Shown: positions 1 to 13,148, numbered from the stretch's first letter. The stretch: DNA of 64,000 nt from Neophaeotheca triangularis (GCA_054600435.1 BAAIJX010000083.1:1-64000), one strand, 5' to 3'. Translations and numbers: made by a program. The notes: a model not told the origin generated them from the letters alone.

Positions 1-118
1 CTAACCCTAACCCTAACCCTAACCCTAACCCTAACCCTAACCCTAACCCTAACCCTAACCCTAACCCTAACCCTAACCCTAACCCTAACCCTAACCCTAA
101 CCCTAACCCTAACCCTAA
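1..118 (+). repeat. Telomeric repeat (CCCTAA)n, about 19 units; left chromosome end
   Basis: Perfect CTAACC tandem array from base 1, in the C-rich orientation expected at a 5' chromosome end; TTAGGG is the usual telomere of filamentous ascomycetes. Confidence 0.98.
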
Positions 119-172
119 CTCTAACTCTAACTCTAACTCTAACTCTAACTCTAACTCTAACTCTAACTCTAA
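119..172 (+). repeat. Variant telomeric block (CTCTAA)9
   Basis: Nine consecutive identical CTCTAA units, in register with the telomere and directly internal to it. Confidence 0.95.
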
Positions 173-2700
173 TAATTACTAGACAGATCGACTAAAGAGA
201 AGCCTCGATATTTGATATATAAAATATATAGTTTCCGAGGTTTTATTACTAGCCTCTATATAACTTTCTAGAATCCCGAACAGTATTTACCTAGTTTTCT
301 ATATAGACCTACTATAACCTACTAGCTAAGACTTACTACTAGGCTAGCTTTCTAATAATAATTAACTAGATCCTATCCTATTAGAGTTATATAAAGAATA
401 CTCTATTAAGAAGATCCTATATATAAGACTAAAACTATAGAATGAAGGAAAAGGTCGTTAAGTCCTAGTAAAATAGGCTAGATTCTACTACCTAATATAG
501 GAACCCTTAGAAGAAATAATAGATACTATAGTACTTAACGACTTTGAGAATAAGTATAGTAATATAAAGAATAACGATAGCCTAAGAGCGGAATAGGAGA
601 GGAAGAAGAAAGAGAAGGGTCCTACTAAATAAGTAATAGGCCCTAGTATTTATAAACGGAGTTTTAAAAAAAAAAAAAAAACGGGAAATAGAAATGTGTT
701 ATATAAGGGAAGTAAAATATTCTCATTTTAAACGAACTAAAAACAGGCTAAGCCTAGGTAAAAAGAATAGGGAACTAATGGAAAACTAACGGCCTACTTA
801 GTTATAGTAGTAGGCGCTAATAACAAACACTAGAGGGATACCTCTAGCCCTAAAATAACGGTTAGCAATAAAAAACGAATAGAAACTATAAGAATTACTT
901 ATGATTAGCCCTACTAGGTAATAGTATTAACTACCGTATTAGTGATCTAGGAAGAGATAGTACTAGAAAGATATATTAGCTAGAGCCTATAAGAATTTAT
1001 ATAGATCCTAGACTTACTCTAGGAGTAGACTAGAAGCCTATAAAGGCTTTAAGGCCTTTATAGCCTTAAGGACCTTTTTTAGGTCTATATAGGCATTATT
1101 GCTAGAAAACCGACATTAGCTAGTAGAATTCGAACGGAATCCGGACATTATAACTTACTAGTTAGCGTTTAAACTACGAGTCTAAATAGTATAGGTAATA
1201 TAGGTAATCTCTAGGCTATTTCGAACAATTAGCGTTACTTTTTCGATAGACTCTAGGAGAAACTTATAGATCGTAATAGTTCTTCTTACTATCTTTATAA
1301 GGCTAGTAGGTAGTAGTATAGGGAGACTATAAAAGTTAGCGGAATCTAGTAGAAAACGGACGGATTATAGAATACTTACTACTTAGGAGACGTAGTCGAT
1401 ACCTAATTAGGTACATAGCTCGTAGTAGATAGTAGTTATCTAGATTCCGGTTAGTTTAGAATAGAACCTATCGTAAAAACACTATATTAGAGCTACTTAC
1501 TATTATTATTATTATTATTATTATTAGAAGGTAGAAAGAGAAAGGAAGAAGGTCGAAAGGGAGCGGAAAGAGTTATATATTACACGCGATAATAGTAAGA
1601 ATACCTTACCTAGTAATAATAGTAAGAATACCTTACTTATATAAGAAGGTAGAAGGTTACCTAGGTAAATAAAGAACATACCTAGGTAAACATAGTACTA
1701 AATCTAGCGAAGAAATAAAGGAAACCTTACTTACTATATTTGGCGATTCGATAAAGAAGAGGTAAAGATAAAGAGAAGTAAAGGGATAGAAGTAAAGGAA
1801 GAAAAACCTATAGAGAGAGCAAAACCTAGCTAAAAAGGACTAGGAAGAGAAGCTAATAGGATAGAGTATAGGATATATATAGGGTAGGGAACTCGGTAGG
1901 TAGTTAAGTAGAGCCCATTATATTAGCGGGGGGCTCTATAGGAATAGGGGGGGTAGAGAGGGAGGGTAATATAAAGGGCGAGCCCTAAGGTCTTAGTACT
2001 AGCTTTATCTATATAGGCTTAGTACCTATAAGAACTACGACTTTTTATGTAGTTCCTATATAGAACTCTCTTCTCTCTAGTATTAAACTTATTAAATACT
2101 ACTACTACGAACTCCTATATATACGTTATTCGCCTATAATACTATACTAGAGTCTATACTAGAGTCTACGATTTAGTAGTGTTAGCGACAAAACTTAGTC
2201 TAGGTAGTAGCCCTATTTACTAGTTTCTAAAAGGCATAATAACTTGATGATTTTACGGTATTATAGTTAGTTATAATATAGGTTAAGGTATTGGCGACCC
2301 CTATAGTAAAGGTATATCCTAGCTAGGAGTATACTTAGGGGACTTATAGTGTTAAGAGTAGTATTACGGCGGTAGAGAGTAGTATAGGTCCATTTTGCTA
2401 ATAATAATAAGGCCTTCTTATGACTATAACAAATAGATAGGAGTAGTAATAGATAGATAGGAGTAGTAACGACAAATCTACTATAGACCGATATTAGTAT
2501 ACTTAGCAAAATGATAGTAATAAGCATATCTAGTATATACACTATACTATAAAGAGCGGTAGTCGCTAGTCGACTACCTTAGTTAGGTAGTTACTATAAT
2601 AGACACTAATACGAGGCTCCTATACTACCTTATTAGCTACTACCTACTCTACTAACGCGACTACGACTATAGCGTACTCCCTCTATTCCTTTATGGTAGC
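173..2700. other. AT-rich, RIP-like degenerated subtelomeric DNA (relic of a repeat, transposon or duplicated genes)
   Basis: Very high TpA and near absence of CpA/TpG (tag/taa/cta everywhere), no credible ORF, an A16 tract at 666-681 and (TAT)n near 1501-1524. Composition returns to normal at about 2.7 kb. The element family cannot be identified by eye. Confidence 0.8.
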
Positions 2701-3628
2701 GAGAGAAAATCCGATTTAGGGTGTAGCTCATGACGAGTGTTAGGGATGTAGTCGAAGAAATCTGAAAGGGTACTGCTTTGCAATATTTCCATGAAAGATC
2801 TAGTGGGCATCCCGTCGGACCCACCGTACCTCAGCTAGCGTCGGTGGCGAATCGAAGCTGTAACGTTTTAAGTGATTCGAGGAACACCGAACAGCCCTGG
2901 CGAACAAAAGCGGCCTGCAATGCCTGCGTGTGAGGATCAGAACTACTCCTGCATGCCGGGTATCATTACTATGGGAGTAAAGCAAGTTCGACAGACCACA
3001 CGAGGTACGAGGCACCTAGACCTGTTCTTGAGCGGAACTCAAGGCATCTTCGACAAAAGGAGCCAGCTCCAGCTATGCACCAGCCGTAATCTCCACCGGG
3101 AACTGTGTAGAGTCTCAGACTGTCATGCTCCGGGAGTTCATTGGGTGCCATTGGAATCACCACTGAATGTCATCGACTTGCTCCAAGAAACTATTCACCG
3201 ATAGTACAAAAAAAATCACAAAATCCTCCCGTCTTTATGCCGAGGACCATTCATCCAACTCGACACGGTTCACCGGAGTAGAACTGAGCTAACGCGACCG
3301 TATATCGCATGTACATGTACTGTGCATGTACAAGGAATGTCGTAAAGTCCTCACCGGTCCTGCCGAGACCATTATGCCGAATCTCGAGACGAGATCTAGG
3401 CCATCGAGCATTGGGCTGCAATACAAACTTATTACAGCCTTTACCGTGATAATATCGACCCTTCGGCTGTGTAACGACTGCATGAGCAAGCGAGGCCAAA
3501 CTGCTACACCAAGATGCGACCTCGACTGCGCCACGACTGCTCGAGCGGCTTGGCGAGATTGCTACATACATACCGCAGCACCTCGAATTTTCCAGGTCAC
3601 TGCTTCCTGAATTATCAGGACGACTGTA

Positions 3629-5621
3629 ATGGCTTCCTCTTCGCGCGCTGTCCCGGCACTGGACGAAGCGCTGTACCCGCTCTCAACTGAGTTGAGCGAT
3701 CGCAAAGCTCCTCAAGTTTCCGCGACCCAAGCAGCCAGAGGACATGAGTTGGCTCAGGATGAAAACGACGAGGGATTCGACGGACAAATCGATGCCATGA
3801 TGTCTACTCGACTCGACAGTAAGGATATGGATCGCCTTGGTGGGTGCTGAGCAGGGGTGACGAAGCTGTACTACTACGCTACGAAGACACTGACTTTGAT
3901 CAACTACAGGAAAGCAACAAGTCCTTGTTAGACACTTCCCGCCAATGGCCACCTTCGCTTTTGTCGCCATGGCTACCTCGGTCTGGGAATTTGGCATCTT
4001 CTCTGTCAACCAAGGACTGGTGAATGGTGGACGCCCGGCGCTGATCTGGATGACCGTCGTTCACGCGATTGGATTCATCCCAATCGTGTTGTCAATGGCC
4101 GAAATGGCTTCGATCGCGCCTACCATGGGCTCACAATACCACTGGGTGAGCGAGTTTGCGCATCCTCGGCTGCAAAAATGGCTGAGCTACCTCACGGGCT
4201 GGATTACGACCATGGCGTGGCAGGCGGGCAACGCAATCGGCGTCTTCTTGACCGGCACACTCGTCCAGGTTATCGTACTCGTCAACAACTCTTCGTATGC
4301 ATTTCCTGCTTGGCATGGCTCCCTGCTGGTAATGTCCAACATTGTATTTACCGTCGCTGCCAACATATACCTGAGCAGATACATTCCGCGGGTCCAGACG
4401 TTGTTCTTCGTATTCCACGTTCTGGCCTTCTTCTGCTTCTTCATTCCGATACTCGTTTATGCTCCCAAGGCCAGCGCCAGGCAAGTGTTCACCGAGTTCG
4501 AAAACACTGGAGGTTGGTCAAGCATGGGGTTTGCTGTGCTCGCAGGGCAACTATCGGCCATTTACATGATGTGCGGTACCGATTCGGTGCGTAATTTCCC
4601 CGACGACTGAGCACAACAGAAGAAGACTGACATGGTTCGATAAAGTCTTGTAATATTGCGGAAGAAGTGCGCGACGCATCCAAGACGTTGCCGCGGACTA
4701 TGCTAGCAATCTTCGGTGTCAACATGGCCTTCACCCTTGTCTCTTGGTTGGTGATTTGCTTCGCTATGCCAGACGTGGGACTGGCGCTCGAACATCCAAG
4801 CCTGTACCCAATGATATACATCATGGAGCAGAGCATGTCGCCGACATGGATTACAGTCGAGCTCACAATGATAGTTTGCCTTGTCCTCTTCGCCAATGTG
4901 AGTTCCATTCCGGAGTAAGCACCGCGCCATAACGCTCGAGTACTCAAAGCCCGATAGGTCTGCTACCTGACCGCCGTCAGCCGAGCATTGTTTGCTTTCG
5001 CCAGAGATGGTGGAACACCTTTCCCGAACTGGGTTGCGAGAGTGAGTATTCCGCACTTGAAAGATAATCTTAAAGGCACAGCACGTTGCCTTTTACGAAT
5101 CATCGCAACTAAGCGATTCTGCAGATACATCCCAGATTTCAGACGCCTGTCAACGCCGTCTATGTGACGGCTACCTTCTCCTTCCTGCTCAGTCTGATCT
5201 ACATTGGCTCCGAGACTGCCTTCTACGCCATCACTTCCCTCATGACCGTTGCGCTCCTGCAGTGCTACCTCTTCTCCATCGGCTCGATGCTCTGGCGACG
5301 CATCTACAAGCCCGAAACTATTCCCGCTAGTCCCTTCAGTCTCGGGGCTTGGGGAATCCCCGTCAATGCGTCGGCACTTGTCTGGTGTGCGTGGGCTTTC
5401 GTGCGTAGCTCATCTTCCCTTTAAGTACATCGCAGATTTTGATTGTCTGACTCGACTCCCAGTTTTGGTCGTTTTGGCCCCAGTATACCCCGACCACAGC
5501 TGAGACGTTCAATTGGGCATCGGTCATCTTCATAGCCGTAATAGTGGTCGCGGTTATACATTACTACGTATATGGGCACAAGACTTACCACGGGCCAGTG
5601 TTGTTGGTGAAGAGGGCGTAG
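3629..5621 (+). CDS. APC-superfamily amino acid/choline/GABA permease (multi-exon)
   Basis: Exons join in frame: DMDRLG|KQQVLVRHF.., SMAEMASIAPTMGSQYHWVSEFA, IAEEVRDASKTLPR, SRALFAFARDGG, GSETAFYAITSL, FNWASV..GPVLLVKRA*. GT-AG introns near 3840, 4587, 4898, 5042 and 5401. Confidence 0.93.
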
Positions 5622-5840
5622 CAAGAATGATGCTGCTTTGCTGGGCGTGAAGCCCGGGTAGTCGCATTGAAACATGCCGTCGTCGACGGCTCGAACGCGA
5701 ATATCTAGAACGCTAGATGAACGAGCTTTGGACCAGATTTGTGAACCTTCAATGGGTAAATTGCTTTTGCGCGGTGGTCTCTTCGTCATTACGAGGCATT
5801 GATCAAAGGTAGCTCACATTGTCATTTGTCTCCATTAGAC

Positions 5841-6886
5841 TCAGACTTCTCTCCCAAGACCGCTCTCCTCACACTCCCGTGGAGTCTGGCCCTCTGCACA
5901 GAACTGGGGAGGGAACACATTCTCCGCAATGTACCCACAGCCGCCTTGAGCGATTTTCCTCTCGCCGGTGAAAACGGTGAAGGCCAAGCCGCAGGTCCCG
6001 TCCTCATCTCCCTCATCGTCCGAGTCCTCCGTAGACCAGTACCGACAAGACGGTGGTTGAAATTTTGGGTAAGTGGCAGAGCTACCGGTGAAAATTGACG
6101 CCATACACTTTGGATCTTCTTGGCATGCCTGGCAACATGCCGACGCATCCTTGTGAGGTCCAGTACGATCCTCCAGTCCCTCCGACATGGTACGATACCA
6201 GCCCCTGTAGTCGGCGATGCCGTCATTCGCACCTCCCCTCTCGCGGATGCCGGGCTTGCCATCAGTGCCAATGAGATTGGAGGGGGCGCACTTCAGTGCC
6301 TGGGTGACCGTGGTAGCGGCAGTAGCGGTTGGCACGGTTTCCGTCGCACATGTGACTGTATTAGTAAACGTCGAAGTGCCAGACGTGACCCTTTCGGTTG
6401 TGGGAACAGTAGACGTGTAAGCGTAGTACTTCGAGATGTTGGTGGTGAACGTTCTGGTGAAAGTCGTGGTTCCAGGCCATTCGGCGACGATGGATATGTA
6501 GGGTTTACAAGAAGTCGAATGGCGGAGTGATGTCGACCACTCGCCTGTGTAGACTGTAGGGGTGTACTCGGCTTGCCTACATATCGAAGTCAATACTTTA
6601 TTCCCGATGGTCTAGGGTAGTGGTGTGATGCTCACGTCGTTGTCGGAGGGCCACAGACACTAGTTTGTGTGTAATCCTGCACTGTAGAGGTAACCGTCGA
6701 GTTGGTATTTGTGGCACGGGTCGTCAAGGTCTGAACACTGTATCCGTCGGCGTAGACGGTGGTGTAATGGGCCTCCGTCGAGGGCCTCGTCCATGTCTCC
6801 GTGCTTGTAGTGGTCATCGGGCATGATAAAGACTCTGCGCCGACCCAAGCGGTAAGGGCGGCGAAAATAACAGCGTTCTTTAGCAT
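5841..6886 (-). CDS. Secreted Thr-rich protein with a Cys-rich (Apple/PAN-like) C-terminal module
   Basis: Signal peptide MLKNAVIFAALTAWVGA. Intron 6577-6635 (GTGAGC..TAG) joins the two ORFs in frame. Thr-rich stalk followed by CAPSNL..SACCQACQEDPKCMAS..C..C. Confidence 0.85.
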
Positions 6887-8552
6887 GCTAAGGGGTGCGG
6901 TTCGATGGTAGTGGTGGTGTATTGCTTCAATTCAGAGCGGAACCACAAGAGTTATTTGAATGCTTCTGCTGCCTCCGGCCACGGACCAGCAATCATAGGG
7001 TTGATGCAGTCTCTTTCGAATACGAGCAGCTCTCCACCTTGTCCGCTGCATGCTGCATTAGGTATCTCATGACCCCGGTAGGATTTCAGTAATAATTAGC
7101 TTCAGGTGCTTCGTCGTAGCGTAGGTAGTATGTAGTCCGCCCGCGGGTGGTCGTCACTCGAGCTACAAGCCTTCCAAGGTGCAACGTACGGGCCTTCGGG
7201 ACCAAGTTGACGTCGATGTAGACCATATCGAGCACCGTCAAGCATCGTTAGATTCGTTACAAGTGGATGCGGAACCCTCGTAGGGAAAGCGTGGGACTTT
7301 TGCTGTGCTTAGCGAAGTGGAGGATTGACGTCAGAAATTAATTTCGAATTCGCCTAATTGTAGAAACGATACTACTACTGTGGGCGCCTCATTACAAGAA
7401 TTGAAGGCTATTATTAGTTGAATCAAAGCAAGGCATTGATGGGTAGTAGTCTTCTACATCGGGATGCGCTCGAACGTCTATTATCCGAGTCGAAACTTGA
7501 CACCCGAAGCGCCTTGCGAATCCGATTTCAGCCTTACGCTAGAGGATCTGAAGATTCTTCTTCCTCACCCCAGTTCCTATGGTGTTTTTTCTAAGCCTCT
7601 ACCGTAGAAACGAATATCTCTAACCCCTATGCTTTAGCAGACATGGTAGAGCGAATCCGATCTACTCGTACGGCTCCGCTGTTGCGAAACACCTACCATT
7701 ACCTGCGTTCAAAGATCTAGGCCCGAGCCTCCACGACACGTTCCGCCTTCTTCAACAACGAACAGCTGATGTCCTAATAGGAAGATATCCGTTGTCAATC
7801 TCCGTACCTAAGCACGAGAGTCGTCCCCCTTGTGTGACTAGTAGTGCCTACTCGCATGCCTAAGTAGCGGTGTTACATCGGAGATGATCGGCACGAGTAT
7901 TTATGTCTCTTTAATCAAGACCGGTGAGTAGTGGTACTGGCTGCAAGTGAGTCGAAAAGATTGTATCCCATTGCGTCTAGCCATAGACCTACGAATGGGC
8001 CAGCTCGACAGCCTACTAGGAGGTATTGCATTTAACCGCGTATGCCAATCGCTCGCTCATATGCGAAGTTGTGAAAGGAGCCTACCAAAATGTGGAGAAG
8101 GCGACCTACAGTTACCAAGATGTAGGTGATATTGTGGATGAGTACGAGAAGGACAGGAAATCGTAGTGAGGCACAGGAAGTCTTGCCCGAGCTGCTAGAC
8201 ACTCAAACGCCTAACCTCTCGAGCGTCCGAATGCACCATCTATACGAGTAAGATAGGTATCGTATCATCTAACCGTTAGTAAGTGGCTACTCCCGGAATC
8301 CGAGACGCTCCGTCTGGGGCCGTATGCTTGTATACGAGGGCCGTAAGGGCCGCCGCCTCCGTACCCACATACCCACTTCTCTTCATATCGTAGGCTGCAG
8401 ACAGTGATTTGCTTGAGCGCCCGAGGGCGTGACATCAGCTCCATCCGCGACCTTCGTATCGCCGCTAGTAATTGCGTGGCATAGAGCAGCTGCTAAATAT
8501 ACAGGCCAGCGTAGACGCATCTCAAATTAATGTTATGAGCATACACAGCGAT

Positions 8553-9922
8553 CTATCCCGTAGAGCCGTCCCTCGCAACAACCTTTACGCTCGCGCCCTC
8601 GGCCTTAGGACCGGCATAGATATCATTTCCATGGTACTGCCTCTCATTGTCATCAGCCATGAAAGACTCTTCAACAGAAAAGGTCGTATGCTTGTTAATC
8701 TCTAATGGCCTCACGATCCGCTCTTCGCTATCCGTACCCCTCAAACCATCGCTAGACCGCCTATAAGAGCGCATTTTGATGCGAGAGTCGCGCGTTGCGT
8801 TCGTTTGCGAGGCGTAATTGTGGGAGCCTGTTTCAGTCTTGTAGCCCCAGTTACGGAGGGCTGGGAACATATCGCGGAAGAAGGCCCAGATGACCGGGAG
8901 CATGGTTACCTGTAATGCAAGAATTAATAACGCTGTCTTTTTGGCTAGTTTGTGAGGTTGGATGCACTCACGGTGATGCTCAGAGCTACCTCTCGGTGGT
9001 ACCATGCCAAATACTCGTAGCTGAGCAGAGCAGGCACCAGGCAGTAGACTTTGGTCAAAACGGCGGCGATGATGACCAGGATGCCCAAGCCAAAGACACC
9101 AAGAAGGGGCGCTTTCTGCAACCAGGGCAGCTTCACCTTTGCAATAACTGGAATGGAAACGAGCAGCATGAGGATGTCCGCGGTGATGTTGAATGTTCCT
9201 TGAACATATTCAAAGTGCCAGTAGGACCAACACTGCGTTGAAATTGGCGGCACCGACCAGTAACCGGAGAAAGGTCGACAAGCTGTGAAGAGAGTGATCT
9301 GGGTAGCTAGGAAGCCCAGTACAGTGTAGACTGCAATCGCTTTGATCCATCGCTCTTGCTTGAGACCGGCGCTGAAAAAAGTCAGCTTCTGTGGCATTAT
9401 CAAAACCAGGAGGCCAGAGCGTACGTCAACGTTCGATAGATCATAAGCATAATCGCTTTACAGCTCCAAACACACATGATCATCGATTGCTCCGACACGA
9501 GGACCCATTTGGATCCATCGATGCGATCAGCTTTAGTCTCCGGGGTCAGAGCCGCCTCTTCCTCAGGTGTCATGAAGTTGGATCCTGTCCAATATCTATC
9601 AGTCGCTTCCTTTTGTGACTTGTCCGAAGCAACCAACGCTCCACTTACCACCGCTGAAGACAATCTTGTTGATCGACACGACTAGAAGAGTAAACCAGAT
9701 TATTGTCTGCAGAGCGATCCAGTCGTCCGCTTGCAGTTTCACAAAACCCCCCGCTTTTCGCACTCGAGCTGCACTGGAGGGTGTCCCTGCGTCAGTTGAT
9801 GCAATGCGGGTTTTCTTGAAAAGCATAACTCACACCCTAAGCAATATGAAGGCCAGACCAACCGCGTATTCAGTCCAGGTTTCAACCCGAAAACGGTTCT
9901 CCCAAGGAGTCAATTCGGCCAT
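8553..9922 (-). CDS. PTH11-like (fungal rhodopsin-domain) integral membrane protein, no CFEM domain
   Basis: MAELTPWENRFRVETWTEYAVG..LLR, LQADDW, GSKWVLVSEQ..VWSCK, CRPFSGYWSVPP..QC, NITADILMLLVSIP..KLPWLQK..GVFGLG, WYHRE; about four introns and a hydrophilic C-terminal tail. Confidence 0.9.
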
Positions 9923-11288
9923 TGCTCGCGCAAAGATCGTTCAAGTAATAAGACTAGAGTTCCGGGACGTTGAAAAGCACATTCCGCAGAGGCGGAAACG
10001 CTTCATATTGCTCCGCCACTGGTGAGAGTCCTGCGCCTAGTGGAAATACATTTATCAAGCCGATTGATTGCCCCAATTTGCCCCTCGAGACGTCCGTCGT
10101 GTCCTGCTGTAGACGCCCATAGGCTGTACTGTTTCTGATTGTCGATCATCCTTCTTATATTCGGGTCTGTTGTCTAAACGACAGTAGAAGTTAAGCTAGG
10201 GGTTGAGAAGACATGGTCTTCAAAGTAGCGCCGGTCCCTCTGGGGGGTTCGGGCCCCGGGGAATCCAAAGCTGCAGGGGGAAAAGAACAGAGATGGGCTT
10301 CGGTCTCGCGTTGCCGAGAGAGCGCGTTGACTGGATAGGTGTGACCGCCGGAATCATGGCACCGGCTGAGCAGCGACCGCATACCCTGGCGCTTGACGAG
10401 GCCGCAGAAACGCGAAAGAAGAAACGAGATGAACCTAGGTACGCAGGCTGAGCGCCATTAGCCTCATGGATGCAAGCCAAGAACTCGCGAATCCTCCTAT
10501 GGTCCCGGGCTCGAGCATGTGCTTCTCATTTGCACTTGTTGCTTGCGGAGCTGATAAGGGTCTCGTGTCGAGGGACAACGATATCGTGGAATACCAACGA
10601 CTCCCGCCAAGATGTTGTATACTAAAGCGTGGCGTCAGGGGGACGGTTGCCGAGGCCACGACCTCGCAGGTTTGGAATGGCATTGGAGAGACGCTCACAC
10701 AATCGTAGAGATAATGCATAGCGAAGACGCAAGGTTGGATGGCGAAGATGGTGGTTCGTCCAACTGTCGTCTAAATATCGAATCGGAGGCCGGGGAACTA
10801 ATGCCCACCCGTCGTCCCCCTAAGCGGACAAAGAGTCTTGCAGGGATATTTGGCTTGGCGCAGCCAACGTAGGGTCTCGACTCCATCTGGAAGCACAAGC
10901 ACGCACAAGGTACCTACTTACAACGTTATCGTCGGCTGCAGCCAGGAATCGTTCATTTGTTATCGAAATGGCAGGTAATGTAGAGCAACGAAGCGAGGTT
11001 TGGCGAAAGCCCAACTCGCATGATTCCTAGCTACGCAGTGTTTGAAACATGGCCGGCAAAGCTCCTAACACGGTAAATTGCCTTGGTATAGTAGTTGCAT
11101 ACGATCAGCTATCATGCATTGAGGAGCTTTCCCGAGGACGAATAAATTATCTCGCCAAGATGACCGGTGACCAGGAGAGGATCAGCCCGTGATAAACGTA
11201 TAACGAGTGAGCTTTCCTGAGCTCCTTGGACCTTGACGCTCTGCTCTTGTTGCTTGTTTGCTGCCGACACTCACACATTGATATCATC

Positions 11289-12990
11289 ATGGCGAAAGTT
11301 AACGAGAAGAGAGGAAACGCGAGCCCGACCGAGACGCCGGTCGCTTCATTGGAGCTGGAGCAGGGAATCAATGCTTCCGGTCATCAGCAAGAACTTCAGC
11401 GCAACTTTGGGTTCTTCGCTATTGTCGGCCTTGCACTGACGTCTGGAAACACTTGGTTGGCCTTTGGTGGTTCTATTGTGAGTGAAAAGCGAAGACCACC
11501 ACTTTTGCGACTCGACTTCGAGCTGTAAAACTGACCTAACCACTATTGCTAGGCCATTGCAATCTACAATGGCGGATCCCCTGGCGTCATTTGGGAGTTC
11601 GTCGTCGTCTCGGTCCTCTACTGGTTCGTTGCCGCATCCATCGCCGAGCTTGCATCCGCAATGCCCTCGGCCGGAGGCGTTTACCACTGGGCGACGGTAA
11701 CCGGAGGCAAGAGACATGGCCGTTGGATCGGGTTTTTCGCCGGCTGGTGGAACTGTCTGGCGTGGAACTTTGGTCTCGCATCATGTCTGCAAATTGCGGC
11801 GAATCAGCTCACCAGCATGTACGCTGTCACGCACCCCGATTACGAGATCGAGCACTGGCACATTTTCCTCACATACATCCTCTTGACCGTCATTCTCGGC
11901 TCTATCACTCTTTTTGCCAACAGCGCTTTGCCGCGCATCGAACAAGCTGGCTTGTTCTTCCTACTTGCCGGTGTCTTCATCTCGATCATTGTCTGCGCTA
12001 TCATGCCCGGGACTACTGGCAACGGCTATGCAACCAGTTCCTCGGTCTGGACGGAGTGGGTGAACCTCACAGGGTACAGCAGCGACGGCCTTGTCTTCCT
12101 GGCGGGGATGTTGAACGGTGCCTTTGCAGTGGGGACTCCTGACATAACCTCGCACATGGCTGAAGAGATCCCGAAGTAAGCAGCTCCTGTGACACGAGAT
12201 GGTAAAAGTAGATGCTGACTCAATCTACAGCCCCAGCAGGAATCTTCCGAGGGCTATCCTATTGCAATACGTCGCTGGCTTCATCACTGCCTTTACCTAC
12301 TCGATCGCGATCCTATACGCCATCACCGACTTCGACGCCGTCTTTGACCAGCCGTACCCTTTCACGCTGACCGAGATATATGTACAAGCCACAGGCTCAA
12401 CGGCCGGCGCGACAGGCTTACTAGTGGTCGTATTCATCCCTAGCTTCATCGCCACCGCCGGGGTGTGGCTCACCGCAAGCCGTACGCTCTGGACACTTGC
12501 TCGCGACGACGCCACTCCCTGCTCTTCGTGGCTCGGCAAGGTCAACCAACGGACAAAGAACCCTTTCAACGCTGTTTTGGCATGCGGCGGCTTCTCGGTG
12601 GTGCTAGGATGCATTTACATGGGCTCAGAAGCAGCTTTCATGGCATTCATCGGCTCCTTCGCCGTGCTCGGCTTCCTGTCATACATCTCAGCCATTCTGC
12701 CGCACTTACTCAGCGGGCGCAAGAGCGTGGTTCCAGGACACTGGTCGATGGGCAAATACGGGACAGCGGTGAACATCGTGGCCTGCCTCTTCATCGCCAC
12801 CTTCACCGTCATCTTCTGTTTCCCGTTCGCATTGCCCATCGACCCGGCCGAGACGATGAATTGGACGTCAGTGCTGGTCGGTGGTTGTACAATCTTCATG
12901 GCGATCACGTGGATGTTCAAGCGGAAGGGATACCAGGGGCCGAAGTACATTCCAATCACCGCGGCGGCGTTAGAGAAGGATGCGGTGTAG
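11289..12990 (+). CDS. APC-superfamily permease, choline transporter (HNM1-like)
   Basis: NASGHQQELQRNFG, YNGGSPG, SIAELASAMPSAGGVYHWAT, GTPD..HMAEEIP|PSRNLPRA, SRTLWTLARDDATP, MNWTSV; introns at about 11478-11552 and 12176-12230. Confidence 0.93.
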
Positions 12991-13125
12991 CCGCTGTTTC
13001 AAGCCTTAGGGGCCTTTATAACTTGATACTTACACACAACTTCTGCCGGAATATTGTCATCGGTTCCCAAGACTCGACGAAAGTGAGTCTCGAAACGCGC
13101 GGTCGAAAACAATATCGTTGGCAGA

Positions 13126-13148
13126 TAGGTAGGTAGGTAGGTAGGTAG
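13126..13148. repeat. (GGTA)n microsatellite
   Basis: taggtaggtaggtaggtaggtag. Confidence 0.85.

Noticed and set aside
2267..2542. 91-aa I/L/Y-rich ORF
   Set aside because: Its composition is what RIP-type TpA-rich DNA produces; no ATG start and no coding bias.
5088..5096. GCCTTTTAC, identical to the U5 snRNA loop 1 core
   Set aside because: It lies in a ~80-nt permease intron with no flanking U5 stem or Sm site; chance match.
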